Origin: Antedon mediterranea
Taxonomy: Eukaryota > Animalia > Echinodermata
Length of the DNA: 64,000 nucleotides
Reading direction: 5' to 3'
NCBI RefSeq assembly: GCF_964355755.1
Contig: NC_092676.1
Location: forward strand, 10,579,888-10,643,887
Of this stretch, positions 39,051 through 52,400 are shown one piece after another. The position numbers and the translations under genes were made by a program. The notes beneath the pieces are model-generated. The model did no database searches. It saw only the letters and a list, made by a program, of their open reading frames with translations, and was not told the DNA's origin. How positions within the stretch are numbered: the first letter of the stretch is position 1; every line of letters begins with the position of its first letter.

Positions 39051-40289
39051 ACAGCAATGGTTTAGTTATTAGAAGAACAGCTTATAGTAACACAACCAAA
39101 ATAAATCAAGCTGAAATCTGGCATATTTTCAATGGTAATTGATTTGTTGAATTACTATATCCAATTTGAATCAACGGTTTTAAAGTAGTTGGTAGTAAAG
39201 TTACTGTTATGTCGCAGAATCCATCAATAGAGACATTTTATAAATACTGTATATCTCACTAATCTTTAATTTCTATAAAAACATAAAATAACATTTAATC
39301 AGGTGTTATCAAATCATCAGGCAAAATCCAAGCAACAATCAAATAATGTACATCCTCACTGACAGTTCTCAGGTACCAATGTTAAGTATAAAAAATATAC
39401 TAATAACCAGTTTGTAATATGTTTGCCAACTAACATGATTGAATAACTATAAATATTGGCTGATTACAGTAAAACACAATAAATACAACACACGTCACAG
39501 GTGCCTTGTGCTAATGTTGCAGAAGTCCAAATGATGGCAATAACACATTACTGTAATTGCATTGTTCCGATTAGTCAATAAACAGTTGCCTCGATTCCTG
39601 TGTTGACATTGTCCTATGGTTTCCAAAAGTGTGGCAATATTATTTTTCCAAACCTGAAACAAATTCAATCAAGTTACTGTAGTTTTAAACAAAAATAATA
39701 CAGTAAAAAATTAATTGAAAGATTTATTGTCCCCAAAAAACATGAACAATGAAGATTAATACAATCATACTTTGAATACCTTGCCATTTTGCAATTTTAA
39801 CAATTTAGATATTCACTTGCCGTAGAAAATAAACAAAAACAATAAAGATTTCACTTAACAAAAATACAAAATAAACAGTATATTTAACCAAAAACCAATT
39901 GTTTGTTTAAATTGTCCTTTTCAGGTACAAATGCATTTTTTAAAATCTAATTTTTTGGTCAAAGTGAACAACTCTACAGTGACGGCATATTCAACAAAAC
40001 ATTTAAAAAAAAAATTGTTCAGTTCAATTATATCTTTAACACATTGTTCAAAAATCATACTGTACATAAACAAAAATTCAATTCAGAACATCATTTCACA
40101 CTTACACGTAAAATATGCAATCAATTAAATTCATGTAAATAATATTGCAACACTGTATTAATATTTACGCCGTGGTTATAGGATTCCGGCACCGTAACTC
40201 AACTGCCCAGCGTTAGGGAATCCGACACGCTATTGCGCATGCCCAGAGTGAGGTAATCGGCGACTCTATTTTTGTCTACAACAGACTAA

Positions 40290-40468
40290 AGCGTGGTTCC
40301 CACTAGCGACGCAACACAAGGACGTAACGCAACGCAAGTGAATTGACCAATCACAAGCGATGGCTTATTCGCTTGTGATTGCTAACTGTCTATAACTTCG
40401 CTTGTTATTGGTTAAAACGCTTGTGTTGCGTTTACGTCCTTGCGTTACGTTCTAGTGGGAACCAAGCT
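40290..40468. mobile_element. MITE (Harbinger-like TIRs) nested in the 7.1-kb element
   Basis: AGCGTGGTTCCCACTAG ... CTAGTGGGAACCAAGCT, flanked by TAA/TTA. Confidence 0.7.
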
Positions 40469-42939
40469 TTACAGCGATGGATCATTTTAATAGCTGCGGC
40501 ACGGCGAACTAGCCGGCCTACATGCCTAATAATACTAGTAGGCCTACCAGCTAGATGTGACCATTGGGCCTATTTATTTCGTAATTAAAAAAGTCGTTGC
40601 TTCATTCATAACTTTATGAATTATAATTACATGACTAGTTTTAATTTTTATGATTTTTCAAGTACAAAATAAAAGATTTCATATAACGCATTTATACTGT
40701 ACATAACATCATGCAGCAATCGTATACAAGTTGATTTGTTGACAGCAAAAAAAAAACCAGAACTGTTCGGGAGAAGTCCGTGTCGCAACGCTACGCTATT
40801 CATTTTCGTACATTTCTTGAAATACGCAAGCTGATTCTTATCAATATCATAATAATTATTTTAACGCGTGGCGTAATTATTAATTCATGTATGGAATGGC
40901 CTAGGCCAAGTTTCATCCATCGCTCTCTCCCCCGCGCGACGACTAACTAGGCCACAGCAAAGATATCTTTGGCTACACAGTACATCCCTAGTTAACACTC
41001 CGACTCTCGGGTAATGTGGTGCGCGGTCTGTGGCACTAGTGCAAGCTATAATTATTCCGCACGACGGCTGCTGTCAACAAATCAACTTGTATACGATTGC
41101 TGCATGATGTTATGTACAGTATAAATGCGTTATATGAAATCTTTTATTTTGTACTTGAAAAATCATAAAAATTAAAACTAGTCATGTAATTATAATTCAT
41201 AAAGCTTATATATGAATGAAGCAACGACTTTTTTAATTACGAAATAAATAGGCCCAATGGTCACATCTAGCTGGTAGGCCTACTAGTATTAGTAGGCATG
41301 TAGGCCGGCTAGTTCGCCGTGGCGCAGCTATTAAAATGATCCATCGCTGTAAAGCTTGGTTCCCACTAGAACGTAAAGCTAGGACGTAAACGCAACGCAA
41401 GCGGAAAAAAAACACCAGAACTGTTCGGGAGAAGTCCGTGTCGCAACGCTACGCTATTCATTTTCGTACATTTCTTGAAATACGCAAGCTGATTCTTATC
41501 AATATCATAATAATTATTTTAACGCGTGGCGTAATTATTAATTCATGTATGGCCTAGGCCAAGTTTCATCCATCGCTCTCTCCCCCGCGCGACGACTAAC
41601 TAGGCCTAGGCCACAATTTATTCAATTCAATATTAAAGTTAAGAACTATAAATACCAACCTTTTGTATATAAAAATATTGATCATCCATTAGATTTTTCT
41701 CGTTTGATTCACATAGAAAAGATTATAGGCCTACATGTACTTCATTATTTTGTACTCTAGCTAGGCATAGGCCTAATAAGGGCCTTAGCTAGGCCTACAA
41801 TCTGAAATAAAGAAAGCGAGTAAGTTTAACAAATAGCCGTCCTAGGCTAGCATGTGTTTGTATACTATAATACTAATATTAGCATTAGCAGCTACTGTAG
41901 AAAGCCTAGCAGAAAGCAAGCTAGGCCTAGGGCCTAGGCCAACTAATTAGGCCTAGGCTAGGCCTAGGCCTATATATTATGTTATATTTATGTATACTTT
42001 TGGATAAATAAAGAAAGTATTGAACTAAAGGCCTAATAGTACATACCATTTTATAACCATAATAAGTACAGTACTGTAGTTATCCTTGGCAAGGCAAATG
42101 TTTGCCATTGACAGGCATGATACTAAATGCTTCCACTAGGCCTAGTGAGTGAATTCAGTTCATCAGTTTGGCAGCCTGCCTAGCCTACCTATTATAGCCT
42201 AGCTAGCTATGCATGTGAGTGTGGCCTACTAGACTAGAGGCTACCTATTGATAAGGGTAAAATAGTCAAGCTTATAAATTAGTAGATTACAAATAAAAAA
42301 GATTGTTTTCCTACCTGAAAACATACTTATTTGACAATTTCAATAATGAGCCTTTTTTTTTCTACACACCACTATTACTGTAGGCCTAGCCTACGTCGAA
42401 GTAACTGAAATTACTGACACCAGTTTCAAAATTTTATCAAAACGAAACTAACCAATGACAAGCTCGTAGGCCTATCTATTCTTATGAAATTTGATCTTGC
42501 ATGAAAGGATCATTCAATTTTCAACACAACTTCTAGAACATTTTTGTATTATACAGAGACAATAATATTTGCCAATCTAAAATTCCTAAATAACCAATAA
42601 TCATTTGTTTTACAATAAAGGATGATAAAATAAACCGCCAACTGAAATCTAATGTTAATTTAACGTTAAAACATCAATGGCAACGCACTTAAACACATAT
42701 AATTATTTAATATTAAACGTTAAAAACATGTCATTTTAACCAAAGTATTAAATAGAATTTATCTTTAATTTAACGTTTAATTAACATTGAAAAACAAAAA
42801 TAATAATTGTTTGAAAAAACAACATAATTTCAAGAGTTTTTCAACGTTGAAAACATGTCATTTGAAAATGACAATTGAATTTCAACGTTAAAATAACGTT
42901 GGAATAACATTGAAAAACAAAAATAATAATTGTTTGAAA

Positions 42940-45060
42940 AAAATTACTAGTTAGAAATACAATGTTATTTCAACGTTGGATCAACATTGATAAATTAACG
43001 TAAATTACTAGTTAGAAAGACAATGTTATTTCAACGTTGGAGCACCATTGATAAATTAACGTAAATTTCTTGTTAAAAATACAATGTTATTTCAACGTTG
43101 GACCAACATTGATAAATTAACGTAAATTACTAGTTAGAAATACAATGTTATTTCAACGTTGGATCAACATTGATAAATTAACGTAAATTACTAGTTAAAA
43201 ATACAATGTTATTTCAACGTTGGATCAACATTGATAAATTAACGTAAATTTCTAGTTAAAAATACAATGTGATTTCAACGTTGGATCAACATTGATAAAT
43301 TAACGTAAATTTCTAGTTAAAAATACAATGTTATTGCAACGTTGGATCAACATTGATAAATTAACGTAAATTTCTTGTTAAAAATACAATGTTATTTCAA
43401 CGTTGGATCAACATTGATAAATTAACGTAAATTTTTAGATATAAAGACAATGTTATTTCAACGTTGTATAAACATTGATAAATTAACGTAAATTACTAGT
43501 TAAAAATACAATGTTATTTCAACATTGATAAATTAACGTAAATTACTAGTTAGAAAGACAATGTTATTTCAACGTTGGATCAACATTAATAAATTAACGT
43601 AAATTTCGAGTTAAAAATACAATGTTATTTCAACGTTGGATCAACATTAATAAATTAACGTAAATTTCTAGTTAAAAATACAATGTTATTTCAACGTTGG
43701 ATCAACATTGATAAATTAACGTAAATTACTAGTTAAAAATACAATGTTATTTCAACGTTGGATCAACATTGATAAATTAACGTAAATTACTAGTTAAAAA
43801 TACAATGTTATTTCAACGTTGGATCAACATTGATAAATTAACGTAAATTTCTAGTTAAAAATACAATGTGATTTTAACGTTGGATCAACATTGATAAATT
43901 AACGTAAATTACTAGTTAGAAAGACAATGTTATTTCAACGTTGGATCAACATTGATAAATTAACGTAAATTACTAGTTAAAAATACAATGTTATTTCAAC
44001 GTTGGATCAACATTGATAAATTAACGTAAATTACTAGTTAAAAATACAATGTTATTTCAACGTTGGATCAACATTAATAAATTAACGTAAATTTCTAGTT
44101 AAAAATACAATGTGATTTTAACGTTGGATCAACATGGATAAATTAACGTAAATTACTAGTTAGAAAGACAATGTTATTTCAACGTTGGATCAACATTGAT
44201 AAATTAACTTAAATTACTAGTTAGAAAGACAATGTTATTTCAACGTTGGATCAACATTGATAATAAAATGAAAATTTCTAGTTAGAAATACAATGTTATT
44301 TCAACGTTGGATCAACATTGATAAATTGACGTAAATTTCTAGTTAGAAAGACAATGTTATTTCAACGTTGGATCAACATTGATAATAAAACGTAAATTTC
44401 TAGTTAAAAATACAATGTTATTTCAACGTTGGATCAACATTGATAAATTAACGTAAATTTCTAGTTAAAAATACAAGGTTATTTCAACGTTGGATCAACA
44501 TTGATAAATTAACGTAAATTTCTAGTTAAAAATACAATGTTATTTCAACGTTGGATCAACATTGATAAATTAACGTAAATTTCTAGTTAGAAAGACAATG
44601 TTATTTCAACGTTAAATCAACATTGATAAATTAACGTAAATTACTAGTTAGAAGGACAATGTTATTTTAACGTTGGATCAACATTGATAAATTAACGTAA
44701 ATTTCTAGTTAAAAACACAATGTTATTTCAACGTTGAATCAACATTTATAAATTAACGTAAAACATTTGTTAGAAAAACAATGTTATTTCAACGTTGGAT
44801 CAACATTGATAAATTAACGAAAAACATTTGTTAGAAAGACGATGTTATTTCAACGTTAAATCAACATTTATAAATTAACGTAAATTACTAGTTAAAAAGA
44901 CAATGTTATTTCAACGTTTGATTAACATTGATAAATGAACATAAACATTCTATTGAAAAGAAAATGTTATTTCAACGTTGATTCAATGTTTATTAATAAA
45001 CGTAAAAAATATAGTTAGGGAAAAAATGTTATTTCAACGTTGATTCAACGTTTGAAATAC
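42940..45060. repeat. Right subterminal array, 61-bp unit, about 33 copies
   Basis: AATGTTATTTCAACGTTGGATCAACATTGATAAATTAACGTAAATTACTAGTTAAAAATAC at a 61-bp period. Confidence 0.93.
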
Positions 45061-46314
45061 GCTGACAACATGATTTCAACAAATCAACTATATTTCAACG
45101 TTGATTCAACGTTGAAATTATGTTCTGTGCCCACTGGGTAGGCTTAAGAAACACATTTTAAACGGCTTTCAACATGGGCCGAATCATCCGGGTCTTAACG
45201 GGACGCGCTAACGGGACAAAGATAGCGCGCAGACCAGAACAACAATATTCGGCCACCCGGTTTATTATGCGGTTATCGGGGTTTCACCCAATTACAAATA
45301 ATAGGCATTATATATCATCAGTTCTCTCGATGCGGTATAATGTTGATTTTTGCTAACTTCACGAAAATAAACAAAACAGCAAACATAATATACCTAGGCC
45401 TACTAATTGCATTGTAGTAGGCCTACATTTGAAATAAAGAAATAGTCAAATATATTTAGATTTCATATTTAATGTAATAGATCCCAAATCACAACAATAC
45501 TTTAAATATGTACGACAATCAGATTATATATCCTATTAAAAATGGCTGACTTTGACTCAAGAAAAAGTAATTAACCTATGGTTATAAGAACAATAGTACT
45601 GTTTTGAAAGAATTACGATAGATCATGTAGGCTTGAGATGCTACTAAATAATTCTTTTATTGAAAAATTATTTAGACATTGCATAATACTGATTGAAATA
45701 AAAAGTTAAGTTACTATTTTAGCCAATACAAACCAATATAAAATAATACTCAAACATATTGGTAACATATTTTAACAGTATGTACTGTTAATAACTTAAG
45801 TCTATTAAAAAAAAAACCACTTACTATTATATAACACACTCAAAGTACATTTTATATATTTATCAAAATCAGTCAAATGATCGTTAAAAAAGTATCAATT
45901 AGAAGGCAACTGAAATGACGCCTAATAATTTTAAAATAGTTTGAATTTTCGTTTAATTTCAATTATGAAAATATGAACAATTAATTACTATTAAAGTAGC
46001 TAGAACAATCTAAACACGTTTACAGACATTTTTACAGGCTAGCATTTTAATATCTTAATTGTATTCACAAAATATTAATATTTGTGTAGCTGTGATTATT
46101 GCTAAATTTCAAAATAAAGATCTTTCATAGCTATCAATATTTCAACTTGTCGAATAGTGCAAGAAGGTGTCCACAAGTGCGCAGAATACGTATGTTAACA
46201 ATCATTTTGAGGATGGAAAGCAAATGAATTTCACAGAATTCTTCGGATTGCATAATTGGTAAATTGTATTCTTTATATTATTATTAATTAATTAGAATTT
46301 ATTAGAAATTGGGT

Positions 46315-46405
46315 TCAAACTACTAACTTCTCATCGACTTCGTCATCATCAGCTGCAACTTTCAGCTCGTGTGCGTCTCCATTCGATTTATTTTGTCTTG
46401 GCTTT
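46315..46405 (-). CDS. SLC22 gene B last coding exon (KPRQNKSNGDAHELKVAADDDEVDEKLVV*)
   Basis: tttttcag acceptor, phase match, TGA at 46317-46315. Confidence 0.8.
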
Positions 46406-49400
46406 CTGAAAAATAAAAATAAAAAATTTAAATCAGGATATTAAATAACTAATAAAAAATTAAAGTCGGTAAATATCAATCAATAACGTTTTTTCGTAAT
46501 TAATAGTGTTTAAAATGTGAAGAAAGCAAGATGACGATTCACAATCATGAAACAGATATTTCTTAAATAGACGGCGTACAATTAATAGTTTATTTTGACC
46601 AAAATACTCGTAGGCCTACCAATCTTTTAGGTTAGTAACTCACTGTTTGCTGGAAGGTCCAAATAAAAAAATACTGAGAATTAAGGTTGTCAAGTTAATT
46701 TCCCATGTACGTAAGTTCGGAACCTCTACTTTATGAATTACATTTCATACCTGCTAAACTTGGAGATTTAATTTTAAAGGCTTACTCCATTTTTATAGTT
46801 TAATTAATAATAAGGCACTCGGCTATTAGAGAAATTCAATAAGTTTAAATGGTAGGGGTCTAATCACCTCCTAATGAAACCACAGTCTTGAAAGTGGATT
46901 TGTTTTAACACACATTCCCAGTATGTATGATTTTGGGATCAAACCACTGTTTTAAAAATTAGTTAAGTCCTTAAAACGCATCTGGTTTCTAATGAATAAT
47001 TATGCATTCACTTTTTCCGTTTCACGGAACGACGGAAGGTGACACCGTGTTGTGTTAATAAAAAATTGTATAGGCCCTACAGTATTGAACGGCACCGTTT
47101 TCGTTCCGTAAATGTACAGCTGAACTCTTTACCCGATGTTAAAGCGCTTTGATCAATCCTCTTTTTGAAAATGGTAATAATGAATTGTGAGAATAATGAC
47201 CGAGCGTACAACGCGATACACAATCAAACACTGTATCAATTATTCTGGTTATCTTTTCAATGCTTAATCATAATTATACTTACTTTCCAAATGCCTCTCC
47301 TTCTTCAATTGTTTCTGGTAAATTAGTACCTATTGTTTCTGGTAATAATAATCCAAGAAGACCTGCAGTAACCGACAGAGAACTGAATAATACTAGTGGT
47401 AGCGGTTCCCATATGTCCGAGATCACAAGTGCTAAAGGTGAAATGACGCTTCCTAGTCGACCTGACATAGAGGCTAAGCCCATTCCAGCGCTCCTAAAAA
47501 AATAAGTTATATCTCCTTAGAAATCAACCATGATTTCGTCTTGATTTTTGTGTCGGATTTTGGTTGACTGCTTTAAAGATAATCATTAATTAATATTAAT
47601 TTTGATTAAAAAAATATTAAGCGTAATGTGTAATTAATCAAAAAAATACATTTACCTAACAGGAGTTGGAAACAGCTCAGCCGAGTAGACGTAAACAACG
47701 CCAAAGGCAGCAGTAAGTGCAAATTTTCCTGACATTGCAACAGTCACTCGATATACACCCGGGGCTATAGAAATAGGTACGAAGAGTATGCATAACGATT
47801 AGTTATAAGTGGAATTAATATAAATTGTGTTTAGAATAAAGTTACATTACCTACCTAAACATACGGGTAAGAACAATTTACAATGAGAAATCATTTAACG
47901 TTTCACTATTTTTAGATTGAAAAAAATGCAATATGCAAGGTACCGCATATGAAGTTTAGTCACGGCGAGTGAGTTGGGCGACATTTTCACATCATTTTTC
48001 ATAAATGTTATCAATTACTCCAGGTGTATTAATTTCAAAGTTTCACACAATAATCATTGACATAAATTAATAAAATAATGATGGCAGAAGTGCCGGTGAG
48101 AGGCGGGATTTCACTTGGCTGACCAAGCCTTAGTACCGCGTTGGGTAAGAGAAAAAATTAGAATAAGAGGTAGAGTAGGAGAAACAAGGCCACATACAAG
48201 GCGGAAGTCGAGCTCAAGTTAGTGTTTACCGACCGACCAACCAACCGACCGATCAACCGACCGACATAGTGAGCTGTAGAGTCACATTGCACGTGACTAA
48301 ATACAAAGAAGAAAAGGGAAAAAGAAATGGAAAATAATAAACAAGTCAAAAATTTGTTGTTTGCATCAATAGTTGTAGGCCTTTATTCGTCGTCCGTTGA
48401 GGGCGCATATCATAAATACGCTATTCGTTCGCAGTTAATGTCTTGATGCCTGATGCGTACCAATTTCCTTATATTTTTTTGAAAATTCAGTATAAATATA
48501 TATTTCAATAGGCTGTTGATAAACAGGAAAAAATCAAATGTCATTCATCTCCATTTCAAAAAGGCAATAAATCTCTTATTGAGAACTACCATCCTATCTC
48601 TATACTTTTTAACTTTGCAAACATTTTTGAGCGTGCAGTTTTTGATAAAGTATATAAATACTTTGTGGAAAATATACGTCTTACTCAATTCCAATCTGGG
48701 TTTACACCAGGTGACCCGACAACGTATTAACTTCTCTATGTGATTGATACATTTATTAGAGCTTTAGATTTAAAGGTATTTTCGGTATTTTTGAATATTT
48801 CCAAAGTCTTCGATATAGTTTGGCATAATGGGCTCATATACAAATTAAATCAATATGGATTTAATGGTAGTCTTCTAAAATGGATTCAAAGTTACTTAAA
48901 CTCACGCGAACAACGTGTTATTATTGAAGGAACTAGCAGTCATTGGGTGACCATTGCAGCATAAGTATCCCAAGGATCTGTTTTGGGTCTATTTTTATTT
49001 ATTGTATTTATTCATAAAATAATGATATGGTTGATAATATCAAATCTAATATTAGAATATACTTCGTTATATGATATTTGTACAGATCGTAATATTTCAG
49101 AAATTTTCAATTTCAAAAATTAGAATAATAGTGATCTTAATGTAATTTATAATTGGGCAAAAAATAAAAAGCAACATTTAATGCTAACAAAACAAACGCT
49201 TTTTTTACACGTAAACATTTAGATAAATATGTTTAATGTTGATCATCCGCTTCATTTCTTATGTTACTGCCCTTATTATAATACACAATGTTCTACTTGT
49301 AAGCACTAACTCAATTATTGAGGATGCCAAAGAGTTTTCTTTAACGTATGATTTTAAATTTTTAAGTGAAAATTTTATTTTTGGATCCAATCTTCTTTCG

Positions 49401-52400
49401 ACTTGTGAAAATGCTTTATTGTTTTATTATGTAAAACAATTTAATGGAAGATTTGATTGATGTTACTTTGATATGGCAAATTTAAATTTAGAATATTTTG
49501 ATCTTCATTTTTGTGTTTCAAGGGACAATACATCTTTAATAATAACTAATGAATTAATTTTGGAAACTAATTTGGAAATTTAATTTTGGAAACTAAACTA
49601 AGTTTACGTAAACTGGATGGAGTACTTATCTTAAGATACACAAGACCATATACTTAGCTGCAGTCGCGTGCTTAAATTTGAGTTAGTGTTTACCGACCAA
49701 CCGACAGACCAACCGACCGACCAACCGACATAGTGAGCTGTGAGTCGCGTTTGCATGCGACTACACATTTTCCCATAATGAATAAGATCACCGCACGCAA
49801 CGTTGTAGTCTGATTTTGTGTATTTCATATAGGCTATAGGTTAGTAAGAGAAATAAAAATACACTAGAAATAAAAGGTTACTTGCTTACTCTTGGACACT
49901 ATTGTTGACAATCACTATTTACATGCATATGCTCGGTTTATTTTAAGGTAACAGAGTACATTTATGAATAAATATTATATACAATAATGTTTTCGTCTTT
50001 AAAGGTTAAAAATGTGAAAAATAAGTACATTCTAATAATGTAGGCGACCCGGCGCTATAAAAACCGACATCATAGGGATTGATATTTTTGTTAATTCCAC
50101 AGTTTGGTGCGGTAATTGACAATATAAAAATAACTGTTACAGCTGAAGTGCATATGAATTGATTATGCAATAGAGTTGTCAACATATTTCTAATGTATAA
50201 AAATAATACATTGACTCACCAATAAAAACAGTTAGAAAACAGCATGCTCCACCAAACAAGATAACAAAAGCCAGTATTGGACGCCTTCCAAAGCGATCAA
50301 TAGCAAATATACTAAAAATACGAGCGGGAATCTCGACTAGTCCAGACAACATAAATGCTACATAAGGGTCAATGCCAAGATCAGCAGTGCTCAGCGAAAG
50401 ACCAAAGTAGACCATGACAACAACAAACCTAAATAAAAGAATAAATAATATATAACTTATTTATTTTTATGACCATTTCAACAAAAGACCCATGGCCGCG
50501 TATCCTCACTAAACACACTTGTTTCCATTAAATCAAGACAAAACTCTTTCATTATTTTGAAGGAAATTTTAACAGGCGTGTTTGATCTCTTGCTGCGACA
50601 ACAGTAACTGTAACATGTAGATACAGTATTCTCCAAAGCTCGGTGACTGTTAACTAAACATTTGAGGAAGCCGGTTGTCCAATCAAAAGGTTTAGGGTTG
50701 TGGAACTGATAGTGCCATACGGAGTTCAGCATCCTGTTGTTAAATTATATTGGTTAGATATGTACAGCAGCAGCCATGCAGCCACATGACCACATCAATG
50801 TTGGTATAGGATAAAGCCACTTTGGTTGTGAAGATGTCGAATAATTCTTGTACAAGCTTTAGAACATTTCTGGTACCAGATCACTCTTTGGTTAAGGTAC
50901 GCTTTGACACTAATATTTATTTGTTGAATAACACACCTCTAATGTCATATACTGTATGTTAGAGATACAAATGCTGCTTGGTTTTCGGCCGTTGTGACCA
51001 TTAAATCATATTGAATGTAATAAAATTATCATATTTTAATATTTGGAGAATATATAATAATTTACATATTGTAACTTACCAATTGTACATAACGTTGAGC
51101 GTTTTTTTGCGAAGGTTAGGAGTACGAAATAAATCAAGTGCTGTGTATTTTCTATCTGATTTTTCTTCCTATAAGAATGATTAGTTTATGTATAAATCTA
51201 TTATTTATCACTGACAGGTATTATGAGTATATATGAAATCTACAGTATTATTAGCCATTAGGGCCTATATATATGCAAATAATTATAAACAGGGAAAAAT
51301 GAACTGTAAGTAAATGTAATAGCAAAAATGGAATGGAAATTTACTATTTAATATGAAATATTTAACTTTCAATAAAAAATAAATAGTATTTAGGAGTACA
51401 TTAGACAGTATAATGAACACAAACATTGATTGTCGACATATATTTATCCGAATAATACACTAGTAATTGATTATTTAATAAAACGCTATTTCTATTAATT
51501 CTCAAATTAGTTATTGAGACAGGAACGGAGGATGCACATACCTCGCATAATAACTTCAGTATGGCGATCTCAATGTATTGATAGGATAATGTTTACCTCG
51601 AGTTTTTCATCAAACGGATGTTCAGGAATGGTAACTTTACTAGCACGAGCAGCTCTGTGTATGATAGCTTCGGCTTTTGCAACTTCTCCTTGTGAAAGCA
51701 ACCATCTTACTGACTCTGGCAGGAAGCTGGTAATATTTAAAATAATCATAATTGGATTTATCGAAATTAAATTTCGTTAGTATAAAATACAAAGGGAGGG
51801 ATTAAGAAAACGTGCTGATATTTCTGTTTATCAAAGATGAATAAGTCATTCGATGTTCCAATCACAATCAGGGCTATTAGTTCAAAGTGTTATGGAAATA
51901 CTACCAGTGTTTTTGGCAATGTTTTCTGGTGCTAGTACAGGTACCTGTATTCTATAAAGTTGGCTTCATTCTGATATTACAATGGCTTATAATGATCGGT
52001 TCAATGCATTAATCGCAGTAATTTTACTGTAGTTAATGCTACTATAAAGTAATAATAAGCCTAGTTCTATAATATCGTTACACTAATTTACCGACTTCGC
52101 ACAATATTCATTGTGATGTAATAAAATAAGCATCGACATAAAGTAGGCCTCCTGTTGAAGGTTTCTTTACCCTAATAATCGGTGGTTATTTCTTTTTTTG
52201 TTGCTTATGATTTTATTTCAGTTTTTTTGGGTAGTGAAACAAATACTTTTTACTTCTAATTTGATTTCTTTAAAAATTAGTCAAGAATGTTTCGTAATTT
52301 TTGTTCTTGTTCAATGATTTAAAACAAATTTAGGGCTATTATTGAAGTATTGAATTGAAGGATACATTATATATCACACTAAAATGACCGTTAGATTATT

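Larger units (their letters stand above)
38023..45138. mobile_element. 7.1-kb non-autonomous EnSpm/CACTA(CMC)-like element
   Basis: TA|CCCAGTGGGCA ... TGCCCACTGGG|TA; long subterminal arrays rich in TCAACGTTGA; no transposase ORF. Confidence 0.82.

Noticed and set aside
40379-41415. Two near-identical short ORFs on opposite strands
   Set aside because: Produced by the local inverted duplication of non-coding, MITE-adjacent DNA
47260-47505. Antisense ORFs over SLC22 exons (also 2187-2450, 51514-51780, 52469-52663, 52887-53069)
   Set aside because: Shadow frames of real exons on the opposite strand
50478-50990. Coding-like stretch in a gene B intron
   Set aside because: Frames are interrupted and no family is recognisable; possibly an old transposon fragment
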